A stretch of 64,000 nt of DNA from an uncultured Helicobacter sp. (GTDB taxonomy: Bacteria > Campylobacterota > Campylobacteria > Campylobacterales > Arcobacteraceae), in assembly GCA_964516815.1 (NCBI GenBank), contig CAZEXK010000004.1, positions 19,255-83,254 on the forward strand, given 5' to 3'. A program made the position numbers and the translations under genes. The notes under the pieces are model-generated. The model did not search any database and was not told the origin of the DNA. It saw only the letters and a list, made by a program, of their open reading frames with translations. Of this stretch, positions 59,258-64,000 are shown in pieces (position 1 is the stretch's first letter; each line of letters starts with the position of its first letter).

Positions 59258-59802
59258 ATGAAAACATTCATATTTTTAATATTATGTGTTTTATTTTGGT
59301 CTGGCAATTTTGTTTTAGGTAAATATATTGTATTTTTTATCAATAAAAGAACTTACATTCAATAATGGAGATTTGTTAGTTATATTATCTTCTATTTTGT
59401 GGGCTTTATATACGGTTTTGATAAAACTAAAACCTAAAGAACTAAGTGATATTGAATATTTTAGTACGATTGTTATTCTTGGGTTGTTTATGCTTAGCTT
59501 TGCATATTTTATTCAATTTGATTCATTACAAAGTCAAATAAATTTAATCAAAAATAACTATCTTGTATTTTTATACACTTCTATATTGGCTTCAAGTGTT
59601 TCATATTATTTTGGTATAAAGGAATTAGTAGTATTGAGCAAATAAAACTGGACAATTCACTCATCTTATGCCTGTATTTGGTATTTTTTTAGCTTATTTA
59701 TTCTTGGGCGAAACATTAGAATCTTATCATCTTGTGGGTGTATTTTTTATAATGCTTGGAATATATTTATCTATTTTTTACAAAATGAATGCAAAGAACT
59801 AA
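59258..59802 (+). pseudogene. Second, decayed EamA/DMT transporter gene (internal deletion plus frameshifts)
   Basis: It survives as three pieces in three frames. Piece 1 is MKTFIFLILCVLFWSGNFVLGKYI..* (59258-59365). Piece 2 is the track ORF 59328-59645, which begins at the mid-protein GDLLVILSSILWALYTV motif, so about 100 aa (TM2-4) are missing. Piece 3 is ANKTGQFTHLMPVFGIFLAYLFLGETLESYHLVGVFFIMLGIYL...* (to 59802). The second frameshift is near 59633-59637. Confidence 0.75.
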
Positions 59803-59810
59803 AATATATT

Positions 59811-61154
59811 TTAATAAGCTTTTGTTTTTACTTTATATTCATTGCTTTTTAATTTTTGTACATATATCGTAGGAATATTAGCTGTATAAGAATTGTTTAC
59901 TAATTGTGAATGATATGTGCATATATCATTGTTATTATTATCTTGTATAGTCCATTTTACATTTTTAAATTTATTTGTGTCTTCTAATTTAAAATTTATA
60001 CTAGCGGATCCTTCATTCATACCAATATGATGATTTTTTATAATAGGCACATCACTTGGAAATGCTATGCTATTGTTTTTTTCATCAAAAAAGCAACTAT
60101 CATGAATAGTTACATCATCTTTAATTGCAGGCCAAACATGTTGTGCTAAAAATTTTTGATCTAGGTGTGTTCTAGATGCATGAATTTCATTTTGAAATGT
60201 TTTAATTGTTTTCTCAATATTTGTTAGAATACCAGTTATTCCACCAAACATTCCAGCTAAAATCAAATCTGTATGAGTATAGTTATCTCTTATAATATGA
60301 AATGCTGTTTTTGATTGTATCCAATGATTTACTAGTATTGCTTCTTTTTCACTTATGACAGAATCACAATCTCTTACTAAATATCTATCAATCGTATCAT
60401 CACTCATAACTTCAAATCTCCAAAAAAGCATATCTTTTATGTCATTTGTGTGTTCTTTTATTATAACTTGCGATTTTGTTTCTTCTAATCTTAATATGAT
60501 TTCGCTAGGTACATTACTACTACAATAAAATCTACATGTCCAATTTGGGTATAGTTGTGATACTTTTTGTGCGTTAATTATTGCATTTTCGCAATATTTT
60601 GGACTTGTACCAAATAAAGTAAATGATATGATATTTTTAGAATTATCGTTTGTATTTAAGGGTTTTACTTTATATTCATTTTGATTAATTATATTTTTTT
60701 CATATTGTAATGCATTTTTTGCTTTTAAATTCAAAGATTTTATACCTGCTATTTTTGAGTTTTCAAGATCATCTATTCTCATGTAATCTTCTGCTAATAT
60801 ATCATATATTGAATAATTGTCATCTTGTAGTTCTTGTGCTTGAAGAGTATATTTTATTGCTTCATCATATTTTCTTAAAAAATGATAACTTTTAGCTAAA
60901 GTTAAAATACTATGAAATGAAATTGAATCTAGGGTGAATATTTTTTTAGCATATTGTAGAGCTTCTTCCCTTAATTCAAGATATCCAGCCATGTTAACCA
61001 TACCTTGTAAATCGTTTATTTTATCTTTTATTGTTACTCTTTTATTATAATGAGTATGAGAGAGCATTTTTTTGTATATTTTGTAAGATGAAGAAACTTG
61101 ACCCTTAACATATAATGATCCACCTTTTTGTCTTAATTGTTGTATTTTTGTCAA
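59811..61154 (-). CDS. TPR-repeat protein with a C-terminal uncharacterised DxD-type (putative glycosyltransferase-like) domain
   Basis: 447-aa ORF with no signal peptide or TM segment. The N-terminal ~165 aa are TPR-like (AKSYHFLRKYDEAIKYTLQAQEL). The C-terminal part has motifs ISFTLFG, YPNWTCRFY, MLFWRF, RYLVRDCDS, FHIIRDN, LAGMFGG, HLDQKFL and IHDS. Confidence 0.6.
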   Translation of the reverse strand: MTKIQQLRQKGGSLYVKGQVSSSYKIYKKMLSHTHYNKRVTIKDKINDLQGMVNMAGYLELREEALQYAKKIFTLDSISFHSILTLAKSYHFLRKYDEAIKYTLQAQELQDDNYSIYDILAEDYMRIDDLENSKIAGIKSLNLKAKNALQYEKNIINQNEYKVKPLNTNDNSKNIISFTLFGTSPKYCENAIINAQKVSQLYPNWTCRFYCSSNVPSEIILRLEETKSQVIIKEHTNDIKDMLFWRFEVMSDDTIDRYLVRDCDSVISEKEAILVNHWIQSKTAFHIIRDNYTHTDLILAGMFGGITGILTNIEKTIKTFQNEIHASRTHLDQKFLAQHVWPAIKDDVTIHDSCFFDEKNNSIAFPSDVPIIKNHHIGMNEGSASINFKLEDTNKFKNVKWTIQDNNNNDICTYHSQLVNNSYTANIPTIYVQKLKSNEYKVKTKAY

Positions 61155-61312
61155 GTGTTCACCTTTTTTATATTAATACATAATTATAGCAGATAATTTT
61201 TAATTTTAATTATTCATAAAAAGTATTAAATAAAAGTATGTCATTTTGAAATATTTTTTAAAATAACATAAAAATATTGCTATTATAATAAAAAATAATA
61301 TTGGAGTTTAAA

Positions 61313-61696
61313 ATGTCAATCTTAGGTAAATGTCCGTATTGTAATGACGGATTAATAAAACTAGAGTCAAAACCTGTTTTAGGTAAAAATACAAAAATAT
61401 ACACATGTACAAATGCCTCATGGAGTAGTGAAGATGGTGAGTTATTTGAATTAAGTAAAAACGCTACATGTTCATTTAGAATATGGGGAAACAGTTTACT
61501 TAAATGGGGTAAAAGAGGAATTGGACCTTATGAGGTTAAAAACTTATTGCAAGGAAAAGATGTCAGCGTTAGATTATTTAGTTTGCAAAAAAAACAAGAA
61601 TACTATAAGTATATTTGTCTTAGTAAGGATTATGGTATTTCTGTACTATGGGATATAGATGTGGAAATACCAATGAGTGATGAAAAGATTGCATAA
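61313..61696 (+). CDS. Stand-alone zinc-ribbon protein resembling the topoisomerase C-terminal repeat (Toprim_Crpt)
   Basis: GGAGtttaaaATG. The sequence is CPYC-x...-YTC...CSFRIWGNSLLKWGKRGIGPYEVKNLLQGKDVSVRLFS.KK.EYYKYICL...GISVLW. This fits the C..C...Y.C...C.F.IW...G+.i....V..LL..G...v.GF.SKKG..F pattern as recalled. The ORF track starts at TTG 61301. Confidence 0.6.
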   Translation: MSILGKCPYCNDGLIKLESKPVLGKNTKIYTCTNASWSSEDGELFELSKNATCSFRIWGNSLLKWGKRGIGPYEVKNLLQGKDVSVRLFSLQKKQEYYKYICLSKDYGISVLWDIDVEIPMSDEKIA

Positions 61697-61741
61697 AGTT
61701 AATATTGATATAATATCTTATATTTAAACTAAGGATAAGAA

Positions 61742-62410
61742 ATTAATATTAAAGATACAAAAGAAGAAAAGTTAAATTCCAATCATCATACTTTATTTAA
61801 GAGTAAAATTGATGCAAAAGAGATTAAACTTGGTGCAAACACATATAAAAAACAACCAGCACATGTTAATTTTAGACTTTTTATAGATTCATTTATGGAG
61901 AAAGAAAGAGGTTTACACGAAATATTTAATGAACTTTGGAATGCAAAAGAACATGATACTCTAGAATTGAGAATTAATTCAAGAGGTGGATTAGTTAATG
62001 AAGGTAGTCAATTTTATTCTATAATAAACAATAAATTTTTTAATAAAACAACAACCATTCTTGATTCGTGCGGATATTCTATGGGTGCGCTTACTTTTTG
62101 TATGGGTCATAAAAGAGTTATAACAACTAGGAGTGATTTAATGTTTCATGACTATTCTGGTGGAATAGCAGGCAAAGGTGGTGAAATTAAATCAAGATTT
62201 AAACATAGTACAAAACATCTAAGAGATTTTTTCAAAGACGTAATCTTATCAAAACAATTTTTAACTAAAAAAGAGTTTGATGATATGTTAATAGGCAAAG
62301 ATTTTTGGATGGATGCAAAAGAATTATGTAAAAGAGGAATAGCTACACATGTTTTAATAGATGGTAAAGAAATTACTTCAAAAAAATATTTGAAATCACT
62401 AAAAAATTAA
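61742..62410 (+). CDS. ClpP-fold (S14-like) serine protease paralogue; apparent non-canonical ATT start
   Basis: Alignment by eye to ClpP: LRINSRGG (INSPGG), GYSMGALTF (ASMGAFLL, Ser), LMFHDYSGG (MIHQPLGG, His), GKDFWMDAKE..KRGIATHV (RDRFLSA.EA..YGLVD, Asp). The frame is open from 61739. The first core beta-strand (HVNFRLFIDSF) lies upstream of the track's ATG at 61895. There is no ATG, GTG or TTG in 61739-61894. AAGGA (61731-35) plus 6 nt leads to ATT at 61742. Confidence 0.6.
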   Translation: MNIKDTKEEKLNSNHHTLFKSKIDAKEIKLGANTYKKQPAHVNFRLFIDSFMEKERGLHEIFNELWNAKEHDTLELRINSRGGLVNEGSQFYSIINNKFFNKTTTILDSCGYSMGALTFCMGHKRVITTRSDLMFHDYSGGIAGKGGEIKSRFKHSTKHLRDFFKDVILSKQFLTKKEFDDMLIGKDFWMDAKELCKRGIATHVLIDGKEITSKKYLKSLKN

Positions 62411-63192
62411 AGTTTATCTTTTTTATGTAATAAATAAGGATTTCTTTGTGCTGTTGGAGTTACTAAAGCATGTTGAATATTTACATGCGCAGGAGCATTT
62501 AGTATATATATTATAAGATCAGCAATATCTTTGGGACTTAATGGTTCGTATCCGTCATATACTTTATTTGCATCATTGTCGTTTCCTTTATATCTTACAC
62601 TTGCAAATTCAGTTTGAACAGCACCTGGAGCCACACAAGATACTCTTATATTAGTACCTAGTAAATCAATATTCATGGATTCACTTAATGTATGTACTGC
62701 ACTTTTAGATGCACAATATACATTTCCTCCGGGGTATGGATTACTGCCTGCTATACTTCCTATATTTATTATGTGTCCTTTGTTTTTAGATCTCATATTT
62801 TCTATAATTATTTTACTAACATATAATAAACCTTTAATATTTGTATCTATCATATTTTCCCAATTTTCAAGTATACCTTCATCTATTTTTTCGACCCCTA
62901 AGGCTAAACCAGCATTGTTAATAAGTATATCTATTTCGTATTCTGTTAGAACTTCATCAAGAACTGTTTGAACTTCTTCTTTTTTACTCACATCAAATAC
63001 TACTATTTTTACTTCGATTTTATGTTTTTCTTCTAATTTTTCTTTGAGTACTTCTAGTCTATTTCTTCGTCTACCTGTTAAAACTAAATCCACACCCATT
63101 TTTGCTAAAGCTTTTGCGCAAGATTTCCCTATTCCTGAAGTTGCACCCGTAATTAATGCAGTTTTATCAAGTAAGTTATTAAAATTATCCAT
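62407..63192 (-). CDS. SDR-family NADP-dependent oxidoreductase (YdfG/serine 3-dehydrogenase-like)
   Basis: 261-aa ORF with TGATSGIGK, NNAG and the catalytic S...YCASK. Confidence 0.85.
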   Translation of the reverse strand: MDNFNNLLDKTALITGATSGIGKSCAKALAKMGVDLVLTGRRRNRLEVLKEKLEEKHKIEVKIVVFDVSKKEEVQTVLDEVLTEYEIDILINNAGLALGVEKIDEGILENWENMIDTNIKGLLYVSKIIIENMRSKNKGHIINIGSIAGSNPYPGGNVYCASKSAVHTLSESMNIDLLGTNIRVSCVAPGAVQTEFASVRYKGNDNDANKVYDGYEPLSPKDIADLIIYILNAPAHVNIQHALVTPTAQRNPYLLHKKDKL

Positions 63193-63206
63193 ATTGTTTC
63201 CTTTTG

Positions 63207-63884
63207 TTATTCTTGAGGTAAAAAAAATTTTTGTAATACAAGTTCTCCATTTTCATCAAAATAAATATAATTTAAAAAATCTTTTTTTATACTTAGTCCG
63301 GCTAAATAACGAAGCGCAAGATTTGCCTGAATTGAAGCTATTTGCATAACCATTGGGCAAGCAATTCCATTTGGTGTTCTTTGTTTTACTGTAAATACAC
63401 TTTCAAATTTACTTTTATCAAAAAAACATACTTGCCCAATAAATTCTTCAGCACTAGCATATATCCAAGGTACGCTTATACTTTTTGCATATTGATCAAT
63501 CTTTGCACGTACTTCTAGGTTGTCAGTTGCATCTAATATCAAATCTACTTTTTCATTGTTTAGTTTTGTATATGCCTCAAAATCACAATCAGCTGTATTA
63601 ACATTAACAAATGGATTTCTAGATGTAATAATTTCTTTTAATACATCACATTTTTTTCTTCCATCATCAGCCATTTTAAAAGCTATTTGTCTATGAATAT
63701 TATGTATACTAACTATATCAAAATCAACTACTGTGATTTTTCCAATTCCACTACTACCAAGTGCAAAACCTAAACTACAACCCAATCCTCCACAACCAAT
63801 AATAACTATATTTTTATTTTGTAAGTTTTTTTGTGTTTGTAATCCCCATAATTGTATTTGTCTATTAAAATAATTTTCCATCAA
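63207..63884 (-). CDS. HesA/MoeB/ThiF-family adenylyltransferase
   Basis: 225-aa ORF with YFNRQIQLWG, the nucleotide loop IIGCGGLGC and DFD.V...N.HRQ motifs. Confidence 0.8.
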   Translation of the reverse strand: MMENYFNRQIQLWGLQTQKNLQNKNIVIIGCGGLGCSLGFALGSSGIGKITVVDFDIVSIHNIHRQIAFKMADDGRKKCDVLKEIITSRNPFVNVNTADCDFEAYTKLNNEKVDLILDATDNLEVRAKIDQYAKSISVPWIYASAEEFIGQVCFFDKSKFESVFTVKQRTPNGIACPMVMQIASIQANLALRYLAGLSIKKDFLNYIYFDENGELVLQKFFLPQE

Positions 63885-64000
63885 TTATTATATCAAAATA
63901 TAAATAATAGTTAATTACTTAGACTCTTATTATATAGTATTATGTGCATTATTTTAACGTTAAAAATATATATATAAGAATATATAGATATAATGACAAA

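Noticed and set aside
59328-59645. 105-aa ORF that could be called a small intact membrane protein.
   Set aside because: It begins in the middle of an EamA repeat. It is flanked, in other frames, by the matching N- and C-terminal EamA segments, so it is one fragment of a pseudogene.
61301-61312. TTG start given in the track for the zinc-ribbon protein (MEFKMSILGK...).
   Set aside because: The GGAG inside those codons is positioned as the RBS for the ATG at 61313 (GGAGtttaaaATG), so the shorter form is preferred.

Overview
This is a very AT-rich bacterial chromosomal segment. Protein sequences and gene order (ppiD-like/ftsA/ftsZ/murJ/pyrD, rsmH with an ftsL-like gene, XerH-type recombinase, carboxynorspermidine pathway, AAGGA ribosome-binding sites, TGnTATAAT promoters) suggest Campylobacterota, probably the Arcobacter group; that assignment is inference. 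About 90% of the window is coding, mostly housekeeping: pgsA, dapE, lgt, folK, mnmA, prs, lepA, hisH/hisA, carB, rsmH, hup, valS, pyrD, murJ, ftsZ, ftsA, rplY(ctc), pth, metY, metX, xseB, ligA, rseP, yggS, rsmG, ribA, dnaQ-like, trpF and rpe, plus tRNA-Leu(CAA) and tRNA-Cys(GCA). I found no rRNA, CRISPR array, transposase or prophage. The observations most worth a second look: (1) a PTS-EIIC permease domain fused to a catalytically intact EAL c-di-GMP phosphodiesterase, wedged between tRNA-Leu and valS. (2) A dif-like site whose core matches the XerS/XerH type, immediately upstream of a XerH-like recombinase, with locally convergent gene orientation, suggesting the replication terminus. (3) Two unrelated genes (a plant-type Nudix hydrolase and an orphan ClpP-fold protease) whose conserved N-terminal coding sequence has no ATG/GTG/TTG. 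Both have the identical context TTAAACTAAGGA-N6-ATTAAT, suggesting ATT initiation. (4) A patch at 59.2-62.4 kb holding a decayed EamA duplicate, a TPR protein with an unassigned DxD-type domain, a stand-alone topoisomerase-type zinc-ribbon protein and the ClpP-like protease. (5) Three pseudogenes absent from the ORF track: ridA with a nonsense codon and 3' truncation beside tRNA-Cys, an outer-membrane beta-barrel remnant, and the EamA copy. (6) An 18-bp palindrome, ATATAAT(C/T)GCGATTATAT, built on the -10 box upstream of valS and rseP, plus other TATAAT-CGCG promoters. (7) Possible leaderless mRNAs for ligA and a cytochrome c. All family assignments come from reading motifs by eye; no database search was run.
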